32,000 nt of DNA from NCBI RefSeq assembly GCF_000189295.2, contig NC_016803.1:3690001-3722000 (forward strand), written 5' to 3'. The first letter of the stretch is position 1; every line of letters starts with the position of its first letter. Positions 1 to 9,599 of the stretch are shown here, one piece after another. This stretch comes from Pseudodesulfovibrio mercurii. GTDB lineage: Bacteria > Desulfobacterota > Desulfovibrionia > Desulfovibrionales > Desulfovibrionaceae. The position numbers and the translations under genes were made by a program. The notes below the pieces were generated by a model. That model did no database searches and had not been told where the DNA came from. It saw only the letters and a program-made list of their open reading frames with translations.

Positions 1-208
1 CAAAATAGCCAAAAACAGCGCTAGTAATCAAGCCGTTGCCGGAGCCGATAACAAAAAATGTAAATCCTTCGGCAATGGCCGGTCCAAAGTGTATTCGGTT
101 CGTCAACGGGGGAATTGACTTCGGACCCCGGCGGAGGTTAGCAAATTGGGCCTGCCGGAACTGAATTTCCTTCGGTTGCGGCCATGACATTTTTCAAGGA
201 GTGCGAGG

Positions 209-1468
209 ATGGACATACGCGAACAGATGGTGGAGATGGGCAAGCGGGCCAAGGCGGCCGCGCGGCGGCTTTCGGCGGCATCGGGCAAGGCCAAGCGGGA
301 CGCCCTGCTGATCCTGGCCGACCTGCTGGAGGCCGAGTCTCCGGCCATTGCCGAGGCCAACAAGCTCGACCTCGACGCCGCGGCCGAGCGCGGCCTGGAC
401 AAGGCCCGCGTGCAGCGGCTGACCATCAGCGACAAGGTGCTCAAGTCCATGGTCAACGGGTGCCGCGAGGTGGCGGCCATGGCCGACCCCGTGGGCGAGA
501 TCGAGTCCATGGTCAAGCGGCCCAACGGCATGCTCGTGGGCCGCATGCGCGTGCCGCTCGGCGTGGTGGCCATGATCTACGAGTCCCGGCCCAACGCCAC
601 GGTGGACGCGGGCATCCTCTGCCTCAAGGCGGGCAACGCGGTCATCCTGCGCGGCGGCAGCGAGGCCTTCCACTCCAACAAGTGCCTGGCGGAGCTGATG
701 CACACGGCCCTGGAGCGGGCCGGGCTGCCCCGCGACGCGGTCCAGGTGCCGCCGACCACGGACCGCGCGGCCGTGACCGAACTGCTCAAGCTCGAAGAGT
801 ACATCGACGTGGTCATCCCACGCGGCGGCGAGGGCCTCATCCGGGCCGTGACCAGCCAGGCGACCATGCCCGTGCTCAAGCACTACAAGGGAGTGTGCCA
901 GATCTTCGCTGACGCCTCCTGCGACATCGACAAGGCCGTGCCGATTATCGAGAACGCCAAGATGCAGTACCCCAGCGGCTGCAACGCCGTGGAGTGCCTG
1001 CTAATCCATGAGGACGTGGCCGGGGCCCTGCTGCCCAGGGTGGCGGCGGCCATGGGCCCCAAGGGCGTGCAGTTTAGGGCCTGCCCCAGGTCCCTGCCCC
1101 TGCTCGGCGAGTTCGCCCGGCCCGCCGTGGACGCGGACTGGGGCTACGAGTTCCTGGACCTGATCCTGGCCGTCCGGGTGGTCCGGGACCTGGACGAGGC
1201 CATGGACTACATCGCGGCCCACGGCTCCAACCACACGGAGTCCATCCTGTCCGAGGACTACGCCAACTGCATGCGCTTCATTCGCGAGGTGGACGCCTCA
1301 CTGGTGGTGGCCAACGCGACCACGCGCTTCAACGACGGGGCGCAGCTCGGCCTGGGCGCGGAAATCGGCATCTCCACCTCCAAGCTGCACGCCTATGGCC
1401 CCATGGGCATCAAGGAGCTGACCAGCGCGAAGTTCGTCCTCCTGGGCGAAGGCCAAATTCGGGAGTAG
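209..1468 (+). CDS. proA: Gamma-glutamyl phosphate reductase (proline biosynthesis)
   Basis: 419-aa ORF with family-typical blocks 'MIYESRPNATVDA', 'GNAVILRGGSEA', 'GCNAVECLLIH' and 'HGSNHTESI'. AAGGAG RBS lies 8 nt upstream of the ATG. Confidence 0.95.
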   Translation: MDIREQMVEMGKRAKAAARRLSAASGKAKRDALLILADLLEAESPAIAEANKLDLDAAAERGLDKARVQRLTISDKVLKSMVNGCREVAAMADPVGEIESMVKRPNGMLVGRMRVPLGVVAMIYESRPNATVDAGILCLKAGNAVILRGGSEAFHSNKCLAELMHTALERAGLPRDAVQVPPTTDRAAVTELLKLEEYIDVVIPRGGEGLIRAVTSQATMPVLKHYKGVCQIFADASCDIDKAVPIIENAKMQYPSGCNAVECLLIHEDVAGALLPRVAAAMGPKGVQFRACPRSLPLLGEFARPAVDADWGYEFLDLILAVRVVRDLDEAMDYIAAHGSNHTESILSEDYANCMRFIREVDASLVVANATTRFNDGAQLGLGAEIGISTSKLHAYGPMGIKELTSAKFVLLGEGQIRE

Positions 1469-1472
1469 TGGC

Positions 1473-1594
1473 GGCTTCCGAGAGCGGGCCATCCGCACAT
1501 TTTCTCCTGGGGGGCTTTCATCCTCACGTAGACGGCTACGCTGCGGTGAAAGCCCCCCAGGAGAAAATGCACGGCTGACCCACTCTCGAAAGCC
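1473..1594. repeat. Long imperfect inverted repeat with 48-nt arms (1473-1520 and 1547-1594) and a 26-nt spacer
   Basis: Hand alignment of the left arm against the reverse complement of the right arm gives 42 of 48 complementary positions. The inner 23 bp are perfect (cattttctcctggggggctttca / tgaaagccccccaggagaaaatg). It starts 5 nt after the proA stop. Confidence 0.85.
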
Positions 1595-1595
1595 T
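1516..1595 (+). repeat. Direct repeat unit R1, copy 1 (80 nt)
   Basis: tttcatcctcacgtag...gctgcggtgaaagccccccaggagaaaatgcacggctgacccactctcgaaagcct recurs at 1661-1742. The distal 56 nt differ at 4 positions and the last 26 nt are identical. Confidence 0.85.
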
Positions 1596-1615
1596 CGCTC
1601 CGTGCGGGCGCGGGG
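1593..1615 (+). repeat. 23-nt exact repeat R2, copy 1 (cctcgctccgtgcgggcgcgggg)
   Basis: An identical 23-mer occurs at 1801-1823. Confidence 0.85.
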
Positions 1616-1638
1616 GGTTGAAAAAATTGAAAGAAATG

Positions 1639-1663
1639 GACCGTCCTTCGGGGCGGTTTTTTT
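1639..1663 (+). terminator. Intrinsic terminator-like hairpin with a UUCG loop and T7 run (R3, copy 1)
   Basis: gaccgtcc-ttcg-gggcggt forms a 7-bp stem (one G.T pair), followed by ttttttt. It lies downstream of proA. The same 25-mer is repeated at 1846-1870. Confidence 0.6.
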
Positions 1664-1742
1664 CATTCTCACGTATGCCGCAATACGCTGCGGTGAAAGC
1701 CCCCTGGAATAAAATGCACGGCTGACCCACTCTCGAAAGCCT
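1661..1742 (+). repeat. Direct repeat unit R1, copy 2 (82 nt)
   Basis: Second copy of the 1516-1595 unit. It has no partner for the long inverted repeat. Its internal small hairpin is kept by a compensatory change (cgtat/atacg here, cgtag/ctacg in copy 1). Confidence 0.85.
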
Positions 1743-1800
1743 ATTCCGAGCGCGGAGGAGGAAGAGGACGCCAGCGCGGTGACAAAAGCGGGATTGTCGG

Positions 1801-1823
1801 CCTCGCTCCGTGCGGGCGCGGGG
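1801..1823 (+). repeat. 23-nt exact repeat R2, copy 2
   Basis: Identical to 1593-1615. Confidence 0.85.
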
Positions 1824-1845
1824 ATGAAGAAAAGAGAATGGAATA

Positions 1846-1871
1846 GACCGTCCTTCGGGGCGGTTTTTTTT
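1846..1871 (+). terminator. Intrinsic terminator-like hairpin with a UUCG loop and T8 run (R3, copy 2)
   Basis: Same gaccgtccttcggggcgg hairpin as at 1639-1663, followed by tttttttt. Confidence 0.55.
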
Positions 1872-1932
1872 GCGCCCTTTTCCGCACCACGGACCCGAGC
1901 GAAGCGAGCGACAAAAAGTTTGGAAGGGGGGT

Positions 1933-1968
1933 CCAGGGGGGGAACTTTTTCAAAAGTTTCCCCCCTGG
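1933..1968. repeat. Near-perfect palindrome (17-bp arms, one G.T position)
   Basis: ccagggggggaactttt / aaaagtttcccccctgg: G/C homopolymer runs flanked by A/T runs. Confidence 0.8.
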
Positions 1969-1981
1969 CCGCCGGAGGCAT

Positions 1982-2026
1982 GCCTTTCCTCCCCCGCCCG
2001 CCTTGCGCGGGCGGGGGAGGAAAGGC
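1982..2026. repeat. Perfect 19-bp-arm palindrome with a 7-nt loop
   Basis: gcctttcctcccccgcccg - ccttgcg - cgggcgggggaggaaaggc. It ends 17 nt before the nadD RBS. Neither side has a T-run, so it is not a classical terminator. Confidence 0.85.
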
Positions 2027-2055
2027 TATGCTGTCCCCAACAAAGGAGATCAGGC

Positions 2056-2730
2056 GTGAAGAGAGGGATATTGGGCGGCAGCTTCAACCCGGTGCACACC
2101 GGGCACGTGCGCATGGCCGTGGAGGTCCTGGAGCAGCTCGGGCTCGACCGGGTGGAGCTGGTTCCGGCGAGCGAGCCGCCGCACAAACGGGGCGGGGACA
2201 TGCTGCCCTTCGAACTGCGCCTGGAGCTGGTCCGGCGGGCCCTCGAAGGCATTGCGGGCCTGGGGGCCAACTCCCTGGAGGCCGAGCGGTCCGGCCCGTC
2301 CTTCACCTGCGACACCCTGACCTGCTACCGCACCGAGGGCCCGGCCGACGAGCTCTTCTTCATCCTCGGCGCGTCCACCTTCCTGGAGCTGCACACCTGG
2401 CGGCGCGGGCTGGAGATTCCGGCCCTGGCCTCGCTGGTGGTGGTCAACCGCTGGGAGGCGGCCGACGACGTGGCCGGGTTCGTGACCGAGCACTGGCCCG
2501 AGGCCGAGCCCGAGACCGCGCTCACTGACGTGGGCCGGTGGCGGCTGCCCGGCGGCAACACCATCCGGCTGCTGGACACGCCCCGCCTGGACATCAAGGG
2601 CGGGCACATCCGTCGCCGCTGGCGGGACCACCGCAACCTGAGCCTGCTCGTGCCGGACGGGGTCCGTGACCTGCTGGAGGAGCGGGCCGACGAGATCGCC
2701 CTCCACTGGGGCGCGCGCCGGGGGGCGTGA
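2056..2730 (+). CDS. nadD: Nicotinate-nucleotide adenylyltransferase
   Basis: 'GILGGSFNPVHTGH' carries the HxGH nucleotidyltransferase motif, and 'FILGASTF' is typical of NadD. I chose the GTG at 2056 because AAGGAG lies 6-7 nt upstream. The listed longer ORF (from 1870) reads through the palindromes. Confidence 0.9.
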   Translation: MKRGILGGSFNPVHTGHVRMAVEVLEQLGLDRVELVPASEPPHKRGGDMLPFELRLELVRRALEGIAGLGANSLEAERSGPSFTCDTLTCYRTEGPADELFFILGASTFLELHTWRRGLEIPALASLVVVNRWEAADDVAGFVTEHWPEAEPETALTDVGRWRLPGGNTIRLLDTPRLDIKGGHIRRRWRDHRNLSLLVPDGVRDLLEERADEIALHWGARRGA

Positions 2731-3548
2731 CCGTGCAACGGCTGTTTCTGCCCCTGGCCTGCGCGGCGCTCTTCGTGGTCGCGGCCTGGGGCACCTACCT
2801 GATCATGGGCATGGTAGAAGCGCCGTCCACACCCGTGGAGGTGGCCATGCCGCCGGAGCGGAGCGCACCGGAACCGCCCGTGGTCCCCTCGGACGGCGAG
2901 GTCTTCAAGGTTTTGCCCTTTCCCGCGAAGACCGGGGTGGGCGTGGACGTGGAGCTGGACCGCGAACTGACGGTGCGGCCGGGCGAACTGCTGCTGTCCG
3001 GCGCGGTGGAGGTCCTGTATCCGGTCCTGCGGCCGGTCCGGGCCATGGATTTGGTCCTGCCCCTGGGCGCGCCCGTGGGGCGGCTGGACCCGGACGTGGG
3101 CTGGGCCGTGTATTTCATGCTGCGCGACGACACCTTCCTGGCCGAGGTCCCCAGGCCCATGGTCCCGGCGGGGCGGCGGCTCGGCCTGCGCGTGGACCAC
3201 ACCGGCCGGGTCGTGGGCGGACGCCCGTGGTTCGACCTGGACGCCGGGACGCGCCTGGACGAGGCCTGGACCGGGGGCGAGCGCGGACTGTTCGTGACCG
3301 GCGCGGGCGTGCTTCCGGTGGTCCGGACGCGGTTCGAGGAGCGCTACCGGGAAGCCCGGTGCGACGACAAGGGGGTCTGCGGCGGGACCATCGCGTTCAG
3401 CGAATACGAGCCGGGCAAGGACGAGCCCGTGTCCGGCAGCGTTGTCATCCTGGACGGCGGGGATACCATCAACGTGTACGGATTGGTCATCGACCCCGTG
3501 GAATTCACCCCGGACGAACTGCGCTACGTGGTCAGGAAGCGCCGCTGA
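2727..3548 (+). CDS. Hypothetical protein with an N-terminal membrane anchor or signal
   Basis: 273-aa ORF with a hydrophobic N-terminus 'LFLPLACAALFVVAAWGTYLIMGMV'. The GTG start overlaps the nadD stop (GTGA). Third codon positions are GC-rich, as in neighbouring genes. I recognise no family. Confidence 0.6.
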   Translation: MTVQRLFLPLACAALFVVAAWGTYLIMGMVEAPSTPVEVAMPPERSAPEPPVVPSDGEVFKVLPFPAKTGVGVDVELDRELTVRPGELLLSGAVEVLYPVLRPVRAMDLVLPLGAPVGRLDPDVGWAVYFMLRDDTFLAEVPRPMVPAGRRLGLRVDHTGRVVGGRPWFDLDAGTRLDEAWTGGERGLFVTGAGVLPVVRTRFEERYREARCDDKGVCGGTIAFSEYEPGKDEPVSGSVVILDGGDTINVYGLVIDPVEFTPDELRYVVRKRR

Positions 3549-3564
3549 ACGCGGTCGCGGGAGA

Positions 3565-4575
3565 TCAGGCCAGGACGGCGCGGACCGCGTCCATGACCGT
3601 GTCGGGGGTGATCCCGGTCATGCACTCGAAGCCGTGCGCGCAGCGTCCGGCCCCGTGCAGGGAGCAGGGGCGGCAGGGCAGGTCCCGTTCCAGGACCCTG
3701 TCGCGCGGACCGGCCGGGTAGAAGCCCCAGGCCCTGGCCGTGGGGCCGAACAGGGCGACCACAGGGGTGCCCACGCCGCCCGCCAGGTGCATGGGGCCGG
3801 AGTCGCCCGTGACCAGCAGGTCGGCCCGGCCAAGCAGCCCGCAGGTGGCGCGCAGGCCGGTGGCGTTGGTCAGGTCGCGCTCGTGGCCGTTGGTCAGCGG
3901 CGTGTCGCTTCTTCCCACCACAAACCAGTTCATGTCCGCCTCGTCCAACAGGGCGGCCAGCCGCATCCAGTTTTCGGCGGGCCACTGCTTGGCCGGGTGG
4001 GTGGCGTAGGGGTGCAGGGCCACCAGCGGCCCCTCGCAGGAGACGGGCGCGAGCAGCCTCGCGGCGGCCTCCTTCTCGGCTTCGGTCAGGAAGATGCGCG
4101 GCAGCACGGCCTCGCGCGGCGGCGCGGTCCGGTCCAGGGCCAGGGCGTACCGCTGGGGCACGTTCAGGGCCTCGAGCTTCACGCGGAGGCGTTCCAGGCG
4201 GGTGCGCTCGAACAAACGGCGGGCCAGGCCGAACTTGGGATAGCGGCGGACCTCGCCCTTCCAGCGCAGGGCCAGGATGCGCGAGCGCAGGGTGCCGTGC
4301 AGGTCGACGAGCGTGGCGCCCGCGTATTGCCGGGCCAGGTCGCCGCACCTGCGGAACCAGCCCGCGCCGGTCAGGTCCTCCGGGGACAGGCCCACGGTTT
4401 CGGCCACGGCGGGATGGTTTTCGAGCAGGGGCAGGTTGGCCTCCCTGGTCACGAAGACGAAGGCGTCCCCCAGGAGCTCGCGCCAGTGGGACAGGACGCC
4501 GGTGGCCAGGGCCACGTCGCCCATGTGCCCGAGGCGGAAGACCACGGCGGGTTGCTTGACAGCGCGGGAAATCAT
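3565..4575 (-). CDS. Glycosyltransferase family 9 (ADP-heptose:LPS heptosyltransferase-like)
   Basis: 'FRLGHMGDVALATGV', 'HPYATHPAKQWP', 'TGDSGPMHLAGGVGTPVVALFGPT' and a C-terminal 'CRPCSLHG..C' are GT9 hallmarks. I preferred the ATG at 4575 (AGGA 6-9 nt upstream) over the ATG at 4611, which has no RBS. Confidence 0.85.
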   Translation of the reverse strand: MISRAVKQPAVVFRLGHMGDVALATGVLSHWRELLGDAFVFVTREANLPLLENHPAVAETVGLSPEDLTGAGWFRRCGDLARQYAGATLVDLHGTLRSRILALRWKGEVRRYPKFGLARRLFERTRLERLRVKLEALNVPQRYALALDRTAPPREAVLPRIFLTEAEKEAAARLLAPVSCEGPLVALHPYATHPAKQWPAENWMRLAALLDEADMNWFVVGRSDTPLTNGHERDLTNATGLRATCGLLGRADLLVTGDSGPMHLAGGVGTPVVALFGPTARAWGFYPAGPRDRVLERDLPCRPCSLHGAGRCAHGFECMTGITPDTVMDAVRAVLA

Positions 4576-4706
4576 GCCCGTCCTGTTCGCCTCAATCGCC
4601 CTGGAAGTCAAGCCTGTTGCGTGTTGCGCAGGTCTGTGGCATCTGCTACATCCATCGGTAATGCACGTTGTTCGTGCCTCCCGTTTTCAGGAAGTGAAAA
4701 GAACCC

Positions 4707-5765
4707 ATGGTTACTCTCATACTCGCCGTCGGCGTGGCCGTCTTCGTGTCCGCATTCTGTTCCCTGGCCGAAGCGGCCCTCTATTCCATGAGCTGGGCCG
4801 ACATCCAGAAGCTCAAGGACAGCGGCAGCAAGTCGGCGGCATTGCTCCATAAGCTCCGATCCAAGATCGACGAGCCCATCACCGCCATCCTGACGCTGAA
4901 CACCTGCGCCCACACCGCCGGGGCGTCCGTGGCCGGCTGGGCCTGGGCCAAGTTGTACGGCGAAGACACGCTTTGGCTCTTTACAGTGGGCTTTACAGTA
5001 ATTATTCTCATCTTCACGGAGATCATGCCCAAGACCGTGGGCGTGCTCTATTCGGACGTGATCGCGCCGCCCCTGTCCCATCCCCTGCGGGGCATGGTCT
5101 GGGTGTTCAAGCCGGTCATCGCCGTCATGGGCGTGCTCTCGAAGGCCGTGAGCCACCGGGAATCCAAGCCGGACCACACCGAGGACGACATCCGGGCCAT
5201 CGTCAGCCTGACGCGCCGTTCCGGGGTGATCAAGCAGTACGAGGAGACCTCCATCCGGAACATCCTCTCCCTGGATTCCAAGACCGTGGAGCGGATCATG
5301 ACCCCGAGGACCGTGGTCTTCTCGCTGCCCGCGGACATGACCGTGGCCCAGGCCAGGGAGGAGCATCCCAACTGGCCGCACAGCCGCATCCCGGTGTACG
5401 ACGAGGACCCGGAGGACATCGTGGGCGTGGTCTACCGGCGGCTGGTGCTCGAGGCCCTGGCCGACGACCGGGACGAGCTCAAGCTGTCGGACATCATGCG
5501 GCCGGTGCGCTTCGTCCTGGAGACCGTCACCCTGGACAAGCTCCTGGTCCAGTTCCTTGGCAGCCGCATGCACCTGGCCGTGGTCCTGGACGAGTACGGC
5601 GGGGTGGCCGGGGTGGTCTCCCTGGAGGACGTGCTCGAGGAGATCCTGGGCAGTGAAATAATTGACGAGACCGACCAGGTGGCGGATATGCGGGAACTCG
5701 CCCGCACCCAGCGGGACGAACTGACCCGCGCCCGGAACGGCTCGCCGGACGAGGAAAAGCACTAG
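4707..5765 (+). CDS. CNNM/DUF21 transmembrane domain plus CBS-pair protein (HlyC/CorC-family transporter lacking the C-terminal CorC_HlyC domain)
   Basis: N-terminal 'FCSLAEAALYS', 'ITAILTLNTCAHT' and 'EIMPKTVG' blocks, then 'IMTPRTVVFSL' and 'AVVLDEYGGVAGVVSLEDVLEEI' CBS blocks. It ends 23 nt before ccmE. Confidence 0.85.
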   Translation: MVTLILAVGVAVFVSAFCSLAEAALYSMSWADIQKLKDSGSKSAALLHKLRSKIDEPITAILTLNTCAHTAGASVAGWAWAKLYGEDTLWLFTVGFTVIILIFTEIMPKTVGVLYSDVIAPPLSHPLRGMVWVFKPVIAVMGVLSKAVSHRESKPDHTEDDIRAIVSLTRRSGVIKQYEETSIRNILSLDSKTVERIMTPRTVVFSLPADMTVAQAREEHPNWPHSRIPVYDEDPEDIVGVVYRRLVLEALADDRDELKLSDIMRPVRFVLETVTLDKLLVQFLGSRMHLAVVLDEYGGVAGVVSLEDVLEEILGSEIIDETDQVADMRELARTQRDELTRARNGSPDEEKH

Positions 5766-5788
5766 CTGCGCACCGCGCAAGGAACCAT

Positions 5789-6229
5789 ATGGCCAAGAAT
5801 TCCAGCAAAATCGTGTACGCCGTCGCCCTGGTGCTCTTCCTGGGCGGCCTGTCCTACCTCATCTTTTCCGGCCTGACCCAGGATTCGGTCTACTTCCTCA
5901 ACGTGACCGAGGCCCTGGCCCAGGACCGCGCCGAAATCGGCAACGCCCGGCTCTTCGGCAAGGTCTCGCCCAGGGGACTGTCCATCGCCGACGGCAAGCT
6001 CGGGGCGGACTTCGACCTGGTGGACAAGGTGGATCACGACAAGACCCTGCGGGTGGAATACAAGGGCGCGCTGCCCGACACCTTCAAGGCCGACGTGGAG
6101 GTCATCGTGGAAGGGAAGTTCTCGCCGGACGGCCGGGTCTTCGTGGCCAGGACCCTGGTCACCAAGTGCCCCTCCAAGTACGAGGAGAAGAGCAAGCAGA
6201 TGGACGCGCAGCAGGGGCAGGCGGGTTAG
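5789..6229 (+). CDS. ccmE: Cytochrome c maturation heme chaperone CcmE, Cys-type (CxxxY) variant
   Basis: N-terminal membrane anchor, OB-fold blocks 'RLFGKV', 'VEYKGALPDTFKADVEVIVEG', then 'LVTKCPSKY' where canonical CcmE has HxxxY. AAGGA RBS. Confidence 0.9.
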   Translation: MAKNSSKIVYAVALVLFLGGLSYLIFSGLTQDSVYFLNVTEALAQDRAEIGNARLFGKVSPRGLSIADGKLGADFDLVDKVDHDKTLRVEYKGALPDTFKADVEVIVEGKFSPDGRVFVARTLVTKCPSKYEEKSKQMDAQQGQAG

Positions 6230-6360
6230 TGAAATCTTTTTCACATGATTGCGCCCCGGTCCTTTCCCCCCTATCCCCGTCGGACCCGCCGGAGGGACGT
6301 GCCGGTTCACGGCCCGGCGATCCCTTTCCCAGCTTGTCGAATTTGTCGTAAGGAGCCTCT

Positions 6361-8259
<1,899 letters not shown>

Positions 8260-8260
8260 G

Positions 8261-8926
8261 ATGTCCGGCGCGGGCAAACCGCTGCTGACCGTGAGGCGGG
8301 CGGCCAAGTTCTTCGGCAACAAGCTCGTCTTCAAGGAGATATCCTGCGAGGTCCGGCCGGGCGAGATAATGCTGGTGGCCGGTCCCAACGGCGCGGGCAA
8401 GTCCACGCTTATGCGCATCATGGCCGGGTTGAGCAAGCCGTCGGCCGGGGAGGTCGTGCTCGACCTCGACCCCGAGGACGTGGCCTACCTGGGCCACGCC
8501 ACCTTCCTCTATCCCGGTCTGTCCGCCCTGGAGAATCTGAAGTTCTGGGGGGCCATGTACGGGCTCTCCCCGTCCCGGGACGAGCTCATGGCCCTGCTCA
8601 AGCGGGTCGGGCTGGAGCGGGCGGCCGAGGAAAAGGCCGGGTCGTTCTCGCGCGGCATGGCCCAGCGCCTCAACCTGGCGCGCATCTACCAGGCGGACCC
8701 GAGGCTCATCTTTCTCGACGAGCCCGGCACCGGGCTGGACCCGGCGTCGCTCAGGCGGCTGCGCGGGGAGATCACCGGGCTGCGCGACCAGGGCACGGCC
8801 ATCGTCTGGATCAGCCACCACGTGGTCGAGGACGCGGCCCTGGCCGACACGGTCCTTGCCCTGGGCGGCCGCCGGGCGGAGTATTTCGGTCCGGCCTCGG
8901 CCTACACTCCGGAGGGCGCATGCTGA
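8261..8926 (+). CDS. ccmA: Heme exporter ATP-binding protein CcmA
   Basis: Walker A 'GPNGAGKST', signature-like 'FSRGMAQRL', Walker B 'LIFLDEPGTGLD'. It sits between ccmF and ccmB. Confidence 0.85.
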   Translation: MSGAGKPLLTVRRAAKFFGNKLVFKEISCEVRPGEIMLVAGPNGAGKSTLMRIMAGLSKPSAGEVVLDLDPEDVAYLGHATFLYPGLSALENLKFWGAMYGLSPSRDELMALLKRVGLERAAEEKAGSFSRGMAQRLNLARIYQADPRLIFLDEPGTGLDPASLRRLRGEITGLRDQGTAIVWISHHVVEDAALADTVLALGGRRAEYFGPASAYTPEGAC

Positions 8927-9597
8927 AACGCACCCTGGTCATCGCCAAAAAGGACCTCAAGCTCTCCCTGTCCGGCGGGCAGGGGCTGGTCCAGGCGGTC
9001 CTGCTCGGCCTGCTGCTGATCTTCCTGTTTTCGCTGTCCAAGCCGCTGGGCGGGGCCATCTCGCCCCAGGCCGCGGGGGCCATCTTCTGGCTGGCCTCGG
9101 CCTTCGGTCTGGTCCTGGTCTTCAACGACCTGTTTTCCATAGAGGAAATGAACGGCGCGCGGATCGGCATCCTGTCCTCGCCCGCGCCGGTGCACGCGGT
9201 CTGGCTGGGCAAGGGACTGGCCGGGTTCGGCCTGCTGTTCGTCTCGCAGTTGGTCTTTCTCCCGGCCACGGCGGCCTTCCTGGGCCAGACGGTCAACGGC
9301 CCGTGGTGGCTGCTCTGGGTCACGCTGTTCGGCGCGGACGCCGGACTGGTCATCATCGGCGCGCTCCTCGGGGCGCTCTCCCAGGGGCAGGCGGCCCGCG
9401 AGTCGCTGCTGTCGGTCATCGTGTTCCCGCTGCTCCTGCCCGTGCTCCTGTCCGGCATCACCCTGTTCGGCCTGTGTTTCTCGCCCGAGCACACCATGGG
9501 CTACGACAAGTGGCTCGGCCTGATCTTCGCCTTTGACTGCCTGTTCGGCGGGGCCGGGCTGTTCCTGTTCCCGTTCGTCTATAGTGGGGAAGAATAG
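8920..9597 (+). CDS. ccmB: Heme exporter membrane protein CcmB
   Basis: 225-aa polytopic protein. It overlaps ccmA by 7 nt and is followed 2 nt later by ccmC, the operon position expected of ccmB. Confidence 0.8.
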   Translation: MLKRTLVIAKKDLKLSLSGGQGLVQAVLLGLLLIFLFSLSKPLGGAISPQAAGAIFWLASAFGLVLVFNDLFSIEEMNGARIGILSSPAPVHAVWLGKGLAGFGLLFVSQLVFLPATAAFLGQTVNGPWWLLWVTLFGADAGLVIIGALLGALSQGQAARESLLSVIVFPLLLPVLLSGITLFGLCFSPEHTMGYDKWLGLIFAFDCLFGGAGLFLFPFVYSGEE

Positions 9598-9599
9598 TT

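Noticed and set aside
1473-1594. Possibility that the long inverted repeat is a MITE or IS remnant.
   Set aside because: I saw no flanking target-site duplication at the arm ends and no transposase anywhere in the window. I kept it as a generic palindromic repeat. Only a genome-wide copy count could revive the MITE idea.
1516-1871. Possibility that the direct repeats are a small CRISPR array.
   Set aside because: Each module has only two copies. The repeat lengths (80, 23 and 25 nt) and spacings (145 and 208 nt) do not fit a repeat-spacer periodicity. No cas genes are present in the window.
1298-2528. ORFs called across the proA-nadD spacer (1298-1981 minus, 1536-1730 minus, 1741-1953 minus, 1779-2528 plus, and the 1870 start of the nadD frame).
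   Set aside because: They read through palindromes, duplicated modules and terminator hairpins, and they overlap one another. Their peptides (e.g. ...FEKVPPLDPPSKLF...) are simply translations of G/C-run palindromes. nadD has a proper RBS and GTG at 2056.
4576-4611. Longer start (ATG at 4611) for the GT9 gene. The same question arises for 11172 (livK), 15447 (livF), 21214 (hisB), 22418 (hisA), 24776 (mscS) and 27804 (upp).
   Set aside because: In every case an internal ATG is preceded by a good AGGAG-like RBS at 5-9 nt and coincides with the start of family homology. The longer forms lack an RBS or overlap the upstream gene extensively.
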